Below, one piece after another: positions 1 through 8,798 of a stretch of 64,000 nt of DNA; within the stretch, counting starts at the first letter, position 1; each line of letters starts with the position of its first letter. Origin of the DNA: a bacterium (GTDB lineage: Bacteria; Krumholzibacteriota; Krumholzibacteriia; G020349025). The stretch covers positions 21,526-85,525 of the forward strand of contig JANLSU010000126.1 of assembly GCA_031362565.1 (NCBI GenBank), read 5' to 3'. Under the pieces are notes generated by a model. The model ran no database searches. It was not told where the DNA came from and was given only the letters and a program-made list of their open reading frames with translations. Made by a program: the position numbers and the translations under genes.

Positions 1-1478
1 CGTCGACGAAATACAACGGTGCGCTGCTCTGTTTGCCGATTCTGCTGGCGCACATTTTTGCGGTGTGGCGGCGACCCGAAGCGACCGGGCGCTCCAAGCC
101 GTCGCCGGCTCCGACGCGGCCGCAAACCTGGCGATGGTTCGTGGAAGCGGCGGTCGTGTTCGCGGCCGCATTCGCGATCACTTCGCCGTACATCCTGCTC
201 GACCGGGCTAATTTCTGGACCGGGTTCAACTATGAACGACTGCACATGCAGATCGGGCACTTCGGGCTCGACGACACGCCGGCATTTCTCTTCTATATGC
301 GGGTTTTTTCCGGCAACTTGTTGGGTTGGCCTTTCGCACTCCTGGCGCTCGCCGGCTTCGTATGGTTGGTGGCCATCAAGCGGCGTCCTTGGGCGGCGGT
401 ACTGGCGATCTTTCCAATTGTCTACATCGGGCTCATCAGCTCATGGTCGATGAAGGCCGAGCGGTACATGCTGCCTGTCTTGCCGGTCGCCGCGGTATTC
501 GCGGCGGCTTTTGTCGCCGAACAGGTCGAGCGTTTGCGCGCCCGCCGCGCCGCACTGCCCGCCACCATGCTGGGGCTCGCGACAATTGCGATGGCGATCC
601 CCTCGCTCGCCGCATACCAACGCGACCTGATACGCCTGCGCGGCGATACGCGCACACTCGCCAAGGACTGGATCGAGAAGAACGTCCCAGCAGCGTCGTT
701 CATCCTCGAAGAGCCGTATGGCCCTGAGCCGCTCGGCGTCATCGATCTGCAGATGCTGGACGAAGACGTGCGAACCCGCATTCGCAAGGAACGGCCGGAG
801 ACGCGCGTGTACGCGATTCAAACCATGCCCATGTACCAGGTGCGCCCCGAAAACTCGGCGATCTTTTATCAGCTGGGGTTGTACGACGAGGTTGTCGATT
901 GCATCGTGACGAGCAGTTCCGTCGTTTCCCGCTACCGCAAGAATCCCGCCCTGTTCCAGGCCCAGAATGCCTTCTACGACAGCTTGGCTCTGCGCTGGAC
1001 GAAGGCCAAGGAATTCGGGCCCGAAGACGGTAGCGGGCCGCGCATCGTCATCTATCGCAATCCACATGGCCTCGAACCGTTCGGGAAACGGCGCTCTACG
1101 GCATTCCCGCCGATGCCAGCAATCGTTCCCGACGCGCTTCCAGGTGCCTTCTCGGCTTTTTTCGATCGTCAAGGGTTCCTGTTCGAGAGCTTCGGATACC
1201 AAGACGGCGCGACCGCCCTGTACTTACACGGCCTGCGATACGATGACCAGCCGCCCGAGGCAGTACGGCCTTTGGTGTTGGGCGCGATTCGCACCTCGTT
1301 GGCGGCGGGGCGCCAGCAGCAAGCCCTGGCCATTCTGGAGCAGGCGGAGAAGCAGCAAGTCGGTGGCCCGGCGGCGTATTGGCGGCAACTGCGGGCGCAA
1401 TTCACCGCTGCCGCACCGCGCGACTCGACGCACGGCGCGGCGCGGCGCGATTCGACCCCGGCCGGCACGGCGCACTGA
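1..1478 (+). CDS. GT-C fold (ArnT/PMT-like, family 39) membrane glycosyltransferase, 5' end outside the window
   Basis: The frame is open from the left edge (STKYNGALL at 3-29, the 'TKY' motif typical of this family). It has multiple hydrophobic helices, the 'ERYMLP' motif and a soluble C-terminal domain. Confidence 0.7.
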   Translation, partial: STKYNGALLCLPILLAHIFAVWRRPEATGRSKPSPAPTRPQTWRWFVEAAVVFAAAFAITSPYILLDRANFWTGFNYERLHMQIGHFGLDDTPAFLFYMRVFSGNLLGWPFALLALAGFVWLVAIKRRPWAAVLAIFPIVYIGLISSWSMKAERYMLPVLPVAAVFAAAFVAEQVERLRARRAALPATMLGLATIAMAIPSLAAYQRDLIRLRGDTRTLAKDWIEKNVPAASFILEEPYGPEPLGVIDLQMLDEDVRTRIRKERPETRVYAIQTMPMYQVRPENSAIFYQLGLYDEVVDCIVTSSSVVSRYRKNPALFQAQNAFYDSLALRWTKAKEFGPEDGSGPRIVIYRNPHGLEPFGKRRSTAFPPMPAIVPDALPGAFSAFFDRQGFLFESFGYQDGATALYLHGLRYDDQPPEAVRPLVLGAIRTSLAAGRQQQALAILEQAEKQQVGGPAAYWRQLRAQFTAAAPRDSTHGAARRDSTPAGTAH

Positions 1479-1500
1479 CACCCAAGGGGGAGGATCGAAC

Positions 1501-2673
1501 GTGCAACGAGTGGGTTTGGCGGCCGCCTTCGCCGCGTGTATTCCGGCGCTGTGGCTTGGGCTCGGCGGCGTCCACCTGACACCGCCGGTCGAGGCCCTGT
1601 GGTTCGGTTTCAGCATCTTCGGCGCTGCCTTCATTCTATCGTGGGCGGCCGAGGCGGCGCAGATGGACATGTCGCAGGCGCTCGCGACGGCAATCTTGGC
1701 ACTGATTTGCGTGCTGCCCGAATACGCGGTCGATATGTATTTTTCGTATCATGCGGCATCCGACCCGCAGTACGCACAATACGCCGCCGCCAACATGACC
1801 GGCGCCAACCGGCTGGTCATCGGACTCGCGTGGCCCGCCGTTTTCCTGATCTACTTCCTGCGCTCCCGCGGCAAGCCGATCACGCTCGAGCCCGGACGCC
1901 GCAATGAAGTCGTTTTTTTATTCCTCGCAACGCTGTATTCGTTCGTGCCGCCGTTACTGCACAAATCGCTCGGCCTCATGGACACCGCAGTGTTCTTGCT
2001 TATTTTCGCGGGCTATGCCTGGCGCGTGTCGCAGGCCGAATCGCACGAGCCCGAACTGGTCGGGCCCGCGCGGCTCGTGGGATCACTGCCGCAGACGCAC
2101 CGGCGCTTGGCGACATTGGGCATGTTCCTGGTGGCGGGACTCGTCATCTTTGTTTCGGCGCATCGTTTCGCCGAAGCGCTCGTGCATACCGGGCGCCAAT
2201 GGGGTATCGATGAATTCCTGCTCGTCCAGTGGCTGGCGCCACTCGCATCCGAGGCGCCGGAGTTCATCGTCGCGTTCTTGTGGGCGTCGCGTGGCGATGC
2301 CGCAGCCGGGCTCGGCGCGCTCGTCTCGTCGGCAGTGAATCAATGGACGCTGCTCGTCGGCATGATTCCGATCGCTTATTCGGTGGGCCTGCGCCATGTG
2401 GGTGCATTGCCGCTCGACACTCGTCAACAGCACGAGATTATCCTCACGGCATGCCAGTCGCTCTGTGCCGTCGCCATCCTCATCAACTTGCGAATGTCTT
2501 GGAAGGGAGCGGTGGTGCTCTTTGGACTCTTTGCATCGCAGCTCGTCGTCGAGCACATTCGCCTGCAAGTGGCCGCCGTGTACGTGGTGGTGGCCATCGG
2601 CATCCTGATCCGCGACCGCCGGCATCTGGGGCCGGCGCTCCGCGGCGTCCTCGGCCGCGCCGGCGCCGCGTAG
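1501..2673 (+). CDS. Sodium/calcium (CaCA family) cation antiporter
   Basis: GTG start after a GGGAGG SD. About 10 TM segments, with alpha-repeat motifs 'LPEYAV...ANMTGAN' and 'PLASEAPEF...VSSAVNQ'. Confidence 0.85.
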   Translation: MQRVGLAAAFAACIPALWLGLGGVHLTPPVEALWFGFSIFGAAFILSWAAEAAQMDMSQALATAILALICVLPEYAVDMYFSYHAASDPQYAQYAAANMTGANRLVIGLAWPAVFLIYFLRSRGKPITLEPGRRNEVVFLFLATLYSFVPPLLHKSLGLMDTAVFLLIFAGYAWRVSQAESHEPELVGPARLVGSLPQTHRRLATLGMFLVAGLVIFVSAHRFAEALVHTGRQWGIDEFLLVQWLAPLASEAPEFIVAFLWASRGDAAAGLGALVSSAVNQWTLLVGMIPIAYSVGLRHVGALPLDTRQQHEIILTACQSLCAVAILINLRMSWKGAVVLFGLFASQLVVEHIRLQVAAVYVVVAIGILIRDRRHLGPALRGVLGRAGAA

Positions 2674-2729
2674 AACAGACCGCGGCGGCCTCGACCGCAA
2701 CCGCATTTCATGACTCGACCGGGCCTGTC

Positions 2730-2759
2730 TTGACCGTGACGGCACTCGGGTTCTACCAT
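2730..2759 (+). promoter_or_regulatory. Candidate sigma-70 promoter for the carbamoyltransferase
   Basis: TTGACC (2730-2735), 18-nt spacer, TACCAT (2754-2759), in the intergenic region. Confidence 0.5.
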
Positions 2760-2865
2760 CGTGAGGCCAGCGCCAGGAGTCATCGGGCGTCGGTGCGCCC
2801 TGGGGCGCCGCCTGGCGCCCGCCGCGATTCGCGTCACGCTTCCATCCCGAGACCGGAGATGCACT

Positions 2866-4569
2866 GTGAACGTCCTTGGAATCCATGACGGCAAGGATGC
2901 GGGCGTCGCCCTCGTCGTCGATGGCCGCGTCGTTTTCGCCGCCAACGAAGAGCGCTACTCGCGCCAAAAGATGCACTTTGGATTCCCATTCCTGGCGTTG
3001 CAGAAGTTGTCTCAATTCACCGGGGTCGAGCCCAAGGACATCGACCATGTGACGGTTGGGTTCGAAGCGATGGTCGAGAAGTCGGGCGAGGCATACGACT
3101 ACGAAGCCGAACCGCGCCTGCATCAGAAAGTGTTTTCGGCACTGACGCGCACGCTCGGCGGTGTCATGGACACGCGGGCTGCGACCTATGGCGCGCTCCA
3201 GGTTCTCAAATTCATGAGCCAGAACAAAGTGGAGCTGAAGCAGAACCTCAGCAATCGCGGCATCGAGGCGCCGGTCCACTTCTTCAATCATCACCTGACC
3301 CACGCGGCGTCGGCGTATTACACCTCGGGACACGAAGAAGCACTCATCATCACGTCCGACGGCGGCGGCGACGCGATTTCGGGCGGCATCTATGTTGCAC
3401 GTGACGGCCGCATCGAGAACAAGAGCACGTTCTCCAAACTCAACTCGGCCGGCATCTTCTGGGAGATCATCACGCAGCTCTGCGGCTTCAATCCCGAACG
3501 CCACGGCGGCAAGATCACCGGTCTCGCAGCGTATGCCGACGGCGAAGAGGCCTATAAGATCCTGAGCCAGATCTATGGCTACAACCCGCGTACCGGCGGG
3601 ATGGAGAACTTCAAGAAGCTGGCATTCCGCGACGCGTTCGAGTTCGTACGGTCCAAGGCCGGGCATCTCGGGATCGAGGAGCTGTCGAGCGGCGCGCAAC
3701 GCTTGCTCGAAGAGACGTTCGTGCAGACCGTGCGTGATGCCTTCGCGCGCTACCCGGTGCCACATGTGCTCTTGGCCGGCGGCACGTTCGCCAATGTGCG
3801 CTTGAATCAGAAGATTCTCGAAGTGCCGGGCATCGAGAGCGTGTACGTGCATCCGCACATGGGTGACGGCGGCATGGCGGTGGGCAGCGCGCTGGTGTTT
3901 GCCGCGCAGCAGGGACACACGCATCCGCACGAACTGAGCGACGTGTACTGGGGCGACGACTGGAGCGACACGGCCATCCGCGCCGAATTGGAGCGGGCCC
4001 ACGGACTGACCTGGCGGCGCCTCGACGACCCATCGGACGCAATTGCCGACGCCATGGCGAGCAAGAAGATCGTCGGGATCTTCCAAGGACGGATGGAATA
4101 CGGGCCGCGCGCCCTCGGACACCGCAGCATCCTGGCGGAGCCCACCGACCCGACGATGATGGACTGGCTGAACAAACGCTTGTGCCGGACGGAATTCATG
4201 CCGTTCGCGCCGATCATCGTCGAAGAAGAGGCGCCGCTCTTCTTCAACAATTTTAGTGCGTCGGAGTATGCCTCGCGCTTCATGACGATCTGCGTCGATT
4301 GCACGCCGCTCTGCAAAGAGAAGGCGCCGGGCGTCGTGCACAAGGACGGCACGGCGCGTCCGCAGTCGGTGCGCGCCACGACCGAGCCCTACATCCACAA
4401 GGCCCTGCGTGCGTATCAGAGGAAGACCGGCTTGCCGCTCGCGATCAACACGAGCTTCAACAAGCACGAAGAGCCCATTGTCGGCAGCCCCGCCGATGCG
4501 ATCAGCGAGCTCAAGCGCAACGGCGTGGACGTGCTCTTCCTCGAGAATTACGAAGTGACGGTCGGGTAG
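2866..4569 (+). CDS. Carbamoyltransferase (NodU/CmcH/TobZ family)
   Basis: Motifs 'LGIHDGKDAG...EERYSRQK', 'HHLTHAASAYY', 'DGGGD', 'AGGTFANV', 'GRMEYGPRALGHRS', 'FMPFAP' and 'NTSFN'. GTG start after GGAG. Confidence 0.93.
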   Translation: MNVLGIHDGKDAGVALVVDGRVVFAANEERYSRQKMHFGFPFLALQKLSQFTGVEPKDIDHVTVGFEAMVEKSGEAYDYEAEPRLHQKVFSALTRTLGGVMDTRAATYGALQVLKFMSQNKVELKQNLSNRGIEAPVHFFNHHLTHAASAYYTSGHEEALIITSDGGGDAISGGIYVARDGRIENKSTFSKLNSAGIFWEIITQLCGFNPERHGGKITGLAAYADGEEAYKILSQIYGYNPRTGGMENFKKLAFRDAFEFVRSKAGHLGIEELSSGAQRLLEETFVQTVRDAFARYPVPHVLLAGGTFANVRLNQKILEVPGIESVYVHPHMGDGGMAVGSALVFAAQQGHTHPHELSDVYWGDDWSDTAIRAELERAHGLTWRRLDDPSDAIADAMASKKIVGIFQGRMEYGPRALGHRSILAEPTDPTMMDWLNKRLCRTEFMPFAPIIVEEEAPLFFNNFSASEYASRFMTICVDCTPLCKEKAPGVVHKDGTARPQSVRATTEPYIHKALRAYQRKTGLPLAINTSFNKHEEPIVGSPADAISELKRNGVDVLFLENYEVTVG

Positions 4570-4649
4570 GGCTTGGACGCGGGTCGGCGCTCGCGGGGCG
4601 CGGCAAGACGGGCCGCGCCCCGACCGCAACGCCCCCGCCGGAGCGTTGC

Positions 4650-6059
4650 ATGCGGCGACTCGACGATCACTTTCGCGCCGGCTTCCCTGCCCTTGCCGCC
4701 GCGCACGGTCCAAATTCAATCGCTTCGGAACCGCTCGCTGCGGACCCGGCGGTCACTGCACCCGCAGCGGTCACTGCACCCCCAGCGGTCGCCGCGCCCC
4801 CAACGGTAGCCGCGGAGGTCGATGGCGCGCGCCCCGCGCTTCGGCGCGGGCAGTTTCGTGGCGTGCCGGTCTGGTTTCACGCCGTGGAGTCACCGGGTGC
4901 GCGGGCCGCTGCCTCTCCACGCACCGACGACGGCGAGCCGTTCGGCGCCGACGATGCGATCGCCTGTGTACAGTTCGAGCACTATGTGGCGAATGGCGCC
5001 GGGCCGGTGGCGAGCGACGAGCGGCGCCTCAAGTCGCTCTACTACATGCTCAAGCCGCTCCTGCCACGTGGACTGCAGCTCGAGTTGCAGCGCGTCAACG
5101 CGCGCCGGCGCTTGGATGCGGTGAAGTTTCCGCGCTGGCCGCAAGACGGCACGCTGGACGAATTGCTCGCCGCGTTGCTCGCGCAGCAAATGGAAGCCGC
5201 CGGTGTCGATTCCGTGCCATTCGTCGGCTTCTGGCCACATGGCAAACGCTGGGCTTGGTGCTTGACGCACGATGTGGACACGGCGTTGGGCTACGACAAT
5301 TTGGAACCGCTGGCGCAGGCCGAGGAATCGCGCCGCTTGCGATCGGCATGGTACTTCGTGCCGGAGCGCTATCGAGTCGAGCGGGCGCGACTGGAGGATA
5401 TACGCCAACGCGGCCACGAGATCGGCGTGCACGGCCTGCAACACTCGGGAAAACTGTTCTCGAGCCGGCAGGAATTTGAATCGCGGCGCGACCGCATCAA
5501 TGGTTACATTCGGGACTGGGGCGTGGTGGGATTTCGCTCCCCGGCCACCTACCGCAATCCATTTTGGCTGCCGGAACTCGACGCCGACTACGACACCTCA
5601 TTCATGGACAACGCGACGCTCGAGCCCCAGCGTGGTGGGATATGCGGCGTGTTTCCGTTCATGTTGAGTGAGCGCATGGTGGAATTGCCGATCACGCTGC
5701 CCATGGACCATACACTGATCAACGTTCTGCGACAGGATGTCGTGGAGGCCTGCACCGCCAAGGCCGCCTGGGTGCGGTCACAACACGGTCTGGCGCTGTC
5801 GCTCTTTCATCCCGACTACAACACCACGCCGGAACGCGCGGCGCGTTACGGCGCAGTGCTCGACGCCCTGGGTGCCGACGACACGGGTTGGTACAGTCTG
5901 CCGCACGAAGTGGCCGCGTGGTGGCAGCGCCGGCGGCGTTCGTCGATCGTGCGCACCGCGAGCGGTTTGCGCGTCGAAGGCCCGGCGGCCGCAGAAGCCA
6001 GCATTTGGCAAGCGTACTTGGCGGGCGGACGGGTTCGGATCGAACCGGCGACGTTGTGA
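4650..6059 (+). CDS. Polysaccharide deacetylase-like protein (CE4/NodB-like fold)
   Basis: Motifs 'LTHDVD', 'GHEIGVHGLQH', 'GFRSP', 'YDTS' and 'ELPITL'. Start codon uncertain. Confidence 0.75.
   Translation: MRRLDDHFRAGFPALAAAHGPNSIASEPLAADPAVTAPAAVTAPPAVAAPPTVAAEVDGARPALRRGQFRGVPVWFHAVESPGARAAASPRTDDGEPFGADDAIACVQFEHYVANGAGPVASDERRLKSLYYMLKPLLPRGLQLELQRVNARRRLDAVKFPRWPQDGTLDELLAALLAQQMEAAGVDSVPFVGFWPHGKRWAWCLTHDVDTALGYDNLEPLAQAEESRRLRSAWYFVPERYRVERARLEDIRQRGHEIGVHGLQHSGKLFSSRQEFESRRDRINGYIRDWGVVGFRSPATYRNPFWLPELDADYDTSFMDNATLEPQRGGICGVFPFMLSERMVELPITLPMDHTLINVLRQDVVEACTAKAAWVRSQHGLALSLFHPDYNTTPERAARYGAVLDALGADDTGWYSLPHEVAAWWQRRRRSSIVRTASGLRVEGPAAAEASIWQAYLAGGRVRIEPATL
4749..4817 (+). repeat. 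18-bp coding tandem repeat, about 4 degenerate copies (AVTAPA/AVTAPP/AVAAPP/TVAAE)
   Basis: gcggtcactgcacccgca, gcggtcactgcaccccca, gcggtcgccgcgccccca, acggtagccgcggag at an 18-nt period. Confidence 0.85.
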
Positions 6060-6215
6060 GGGCGAGCGCGCTGCGCCCGAAAGCTCGCGGTTCACCGTGC
6101 CACCACCGGCCCTTCGCGCACTGCGGCTCGAGGACCTGGCGCAGACTGCCGAGCACTTGGTGCGGCCGCGAAGCCCCCGAGAACATGTCGCCCGCGAAAA
6201 ACTTCGCTCGATCTC

Positions 6216-6244
6216 TTGACAGGTTTTTATTTGTCTTGTATCTT
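6216..6244 (+). promoter_or_regulatory. Sigma-70 promoter upstream of the HNH gene
   Basis: Perfect TTGACA (6216-6221), 17-nt AT-rich spacer, TATCTT (6239-6244). The stretch is strikingly AT-rich against the GC-rich background. Confidence 0.7.
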
Positions 6245-6272
6245 CAGATCGTGATTTGAGGCCCGCGACTCC

Positions 6273-8681
6273 GTGCGGGCGGCTCCTCCCAGGGCCGAGA
6301 AGATTCCGGTGTCCCTCGCGACCGCAGCGAGCGCCGCCACCGCATTGCCGGCCGACGCCTGCTTCGCCGACCGGTCCGCATGCGAGTTGCGTGCCGCATC
6401 GCATGCCGTTGTGCCCATGCTGGCCCATGGAGCAGCGGATTTCATAGAGGCCAAGGCCTGGTCCCGACTCGGGTTCTCGCGTCTGTGCGATCACACGCGC
6501 GAGCGTTTCGACCGCAGCGACCACTGGCTCCACGAATTGGCGTCACTCGGGTGCGCGATGGCAGTGAGTCCGCAACTCGAGCGCGCGCTCTTGGGTTGGG
6601 ACGGCGGCCCGCCGATCGGTCGCGTGACCGCCGAACACCTGGCCCGCGTCGCACCGCCGGAGTCGATGGACTGGTGGATTCGCCTGGCCCGTACCCGCAC
6701 CGTGCGGCAACTCTGGGAGGCGACAACTGCGTTTCGCGCGATGGGCGCCGAGGCCTTCGCGGCGTTGGAATCGGGTGGTGGTGCGACGATGGCGGGCGCG
6801 GGGCAGCCCACGCCGGGCGAGCTGCATCCAACCTCGGGTGCCGGGGCCGGTCCGGACGCGGTGACCGACGATTCGGATTCCCCCGAGTGTTACGCTCGTG
6901 ATACTGCGGGCACCGATCCCACCGCGCTCGCCGAGGAGCTGGGCGAGCGGGCTGACATTCGCTTCGATGCCCCCGAATCGGTGCAGGCAGCCTTCTACGA
7001 TACCTGTGATATCTATCGTGCCATCTCCGGGTACGAGGCGACGGTTCGATCGTTCTGGGATGCGATCGTCGCCGAAGCCTCGGCGGGTCCGTATCCTCCC
7101 GATGTCGTGTCGACGCCCCTGCGCCGCGGCGTATCGTCTCGAGCGGTCGAGCACGCGATGGCGCGCGCGACTCGCAACTGGGCACATCTCGACAAGATGC
7201 CGGTGGTCGGCCAGGCCGCTGTGGCGGCGGAGACGGAAGCGGTTGCCGCGAACGTGGGCGCGCCAGGCGTGGCACCTCAGGTCGACAGCACCAATGGGGA
7301 TGCGGTGGCCGGAACCACAGACGCCTCGCGAGGCTCTGTCTCCGGCGGCATGCCAGGCGCTGAAACGAACGCGGTGTCGCCCGTCGAACTCGAGCGCCGC
7401 CTCCACGTGCTGATCGCGTGCGACGATGCCATCGAACGGCGCCTGGGCGACGTGCTGCACGGAATGAGCCAGCGAAATGACTGGGCGACACTGGGGTTCC
7501 GGTCGCTTGGCCACTATGCGACCGAGCGGCTTGGCATGGCGCGCAGCACAGCGTATGCCCGCGTTGCCGTGGTTCGCGATCTCAAGGGGCGGCCGCTCAT
7601 TCTCGAAGCATACCGCGAGGGTCACATCGGCTTCGAGCCCGCTCAAGTCTTGGCCGACATTCTCAAAGGGCAACCGTGCGACGCCGAAGTTGAGCGCGCC
7701 TGGATCAAAACCGCCCAAGAGGTGGAAGTGAAACGTCTCCGGGACGAGCGGCATTATTATCGCCGCCAGGCTCTGTACGGGAACGACGCCGCGCCGATGC
7801 CGCGGTGCGAAGTCGAGGGCAGCTGCCCGCCCGACTCGGTGGGAGCAACGGACGGTGCGTTTCACTCGACGACCTCCGACGGCCTGCCTCGCTCGGCGAG
7901 TTCCGACGGTCCGGTGCACGCGGCGAATTCCGACGATCCGCCTCGCTCCCCACACTTTAACGACGGGCGCGCAACCACCCGACGGTCGGTGCGGTTGCCA
8001 TTGCCCGACGCCGTGTGGGATCAAAGTCTGCGCCGAGCACCCGGCGACACCCTCGACCGTTTGGCCCGCCTGCATCTGCCGGGCGAAGATCCAACTGTCC
8101 CGACGTCATCCGTTCTCGGGATCGGAGGCTCGGCGATGCGATTCCGCTTGCCGGTCGAACTCGCCAACCGAGTGCGGGCGGCGCTCGAGGCGGCGCGACG
8201 GCGAGTGAGCGCCCAAGTGATGCCGCTGGTGGACGATGACGCGGTCGATCTCCAAACGCTGGCACCATCGAAGCGCGGCGCGCTGATCGCTTTACAGCGT
8301 GGACGGTGCGTGCCCTCGTGGGTCGGATTGCTCGCCCTGTTGGAGGATTTTGCGGTGACTTGGGACAACCCGGCGGGGTTTCCCAAGCGCGAGAAGGATG
8401 CGGTGTACGAAAGGGCCGGCTTTCGCTGTCAGGCACCCGGCTGCACACGGCGGTGCAACATCGAAGACCACCATCTCGTGTACCGGTCGCACCAGGGCAG
8501 CGACCAACTTTGGAATCAACTGTGTCTGTGCCGGTTCCACCACCATCAGGGCGAGCATGGATTCTACGCGAGCTGCCGGGGCCGCGCGCCGCTCGATGTG
8601 TTGTGGCGGTTGGGCGTCAAGGAACACGGTGTGCTGTACCGCAACGAAAGGCGGGTGAGCGCACAGCCGATTTCCAATTAG
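6273..8681 (+). CDS. DUF222-like domain protein with C-terminal HNH endonuclease (13E12-repeat-like architecture)
   Basis: C-terminal 'CQAPGC...IEDHHLVYRSHQGSDQLWNQLCLCRFHH' HNH/zinc motif. Two related helical modules, 'WSRLGFSRLCDHTRERF' and 'WATLGFRSLGHYATERLG'. Start codon uncertain. Confidence 0.8.
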   Translation: MRAAPPRAEKIPVSLATAASAATALPADACFADRSACELRAASHAVVPMLAHGAADFIEAKAWSRLGFSRLCDHTRERFDRSDHWLHELASLGCAMAVSPQLERALLGWDGGPPIGRVTAEHLARVAPPESMDWWIRLARTRTVRQLWEATTAFRAMGAEAFAALESGGGATMAGAGQPTPGELHPTSGAGAGPDAVTDDSDSPECYARDTAGTDPTALAEELGERADIRFDAPESVQAAFYDTCDIYRAISGYEATVRSFWDAIVAEASAGPYPPDVVSTPLRRGVSSRAVEHAMARATRNWAHLDKMPVVGQAAVAAETEAVAANVGAPGVAPQVDSTNGDAVAGTTDASRGSVSGGMPGAETNAVSPVELERRLHVLIACDDAIERRLGDVLHGMSQRNDWATLGFRSLGHYATERLGMARSTAYARVAVVRDLKGRPLILEAYREGHIGFEPAQVLADILKGQPCDAEVERAWIKTAQEVEVKRLRDERHYYRRQALYGNDAAPMPRCEVEGSCPPDSVGATDGAFHSTTSDGLPRSASSDGPVHAANSDDPPRSPHFNDGRATTRRSVRLPLPDAVWDQSLRRAPGDTLDRLARLHLPGEDPTVPTSSVLGIGGSAMRFRLPVELANRVRAALEAARRRVSAQVMPLVDDDAVDLQTLAPSKRGALIALQRGRCVPSWVGLLALLEDFAVTWDNPAGFPKREKDAVYERAGFRCQAPGCTRRCNIEDHHLVYRSHQGSDQLWNQLCLCRFHHHQGEHGFYASCRGRAPLDVLWRLGVKEHGVLYRNERRVSAQPISN
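7848..7955 (+). repeat. 27-bp degenerate coding tandem repeat (4 copies) inside the HNH gene
   Basis: tccgac recurs at 7875, 7902 and 7929. The repeats encode TDGAFHSTT / SDGLPRSAS / SDGPVHAAN / SDDPPRSPH. Confidence 0.7.
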
Positions 8682-8798
8682 TTCCGACACGCGGAATGCG
8701 ACGAGTCGGCATCGCCCACGCAAGAATCGTCGGATGATCGCGCCCGCCAAACCGTTTGCGAATCATCCATTGCTGGACGTTCGGGCACGATGCGATGG

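Noticed and set aside
2083..4719. 878-aa minus-strand ORF, and similar long antisense or alternate-frame ORFs (e.g. 30058-32157, 46703-49060, 62045-63028)
   Set aside because: Shadow ORFs expected in high-GC DNA. They overlap well-supported genes and have no recognisable motifs.
4749..4817. 18-bp tandem repeat as a CRISPR or contingency locus
   Set aside because: In-frame, degenerate and without spacers. It encodes an ordinary Pro/Ala linker.
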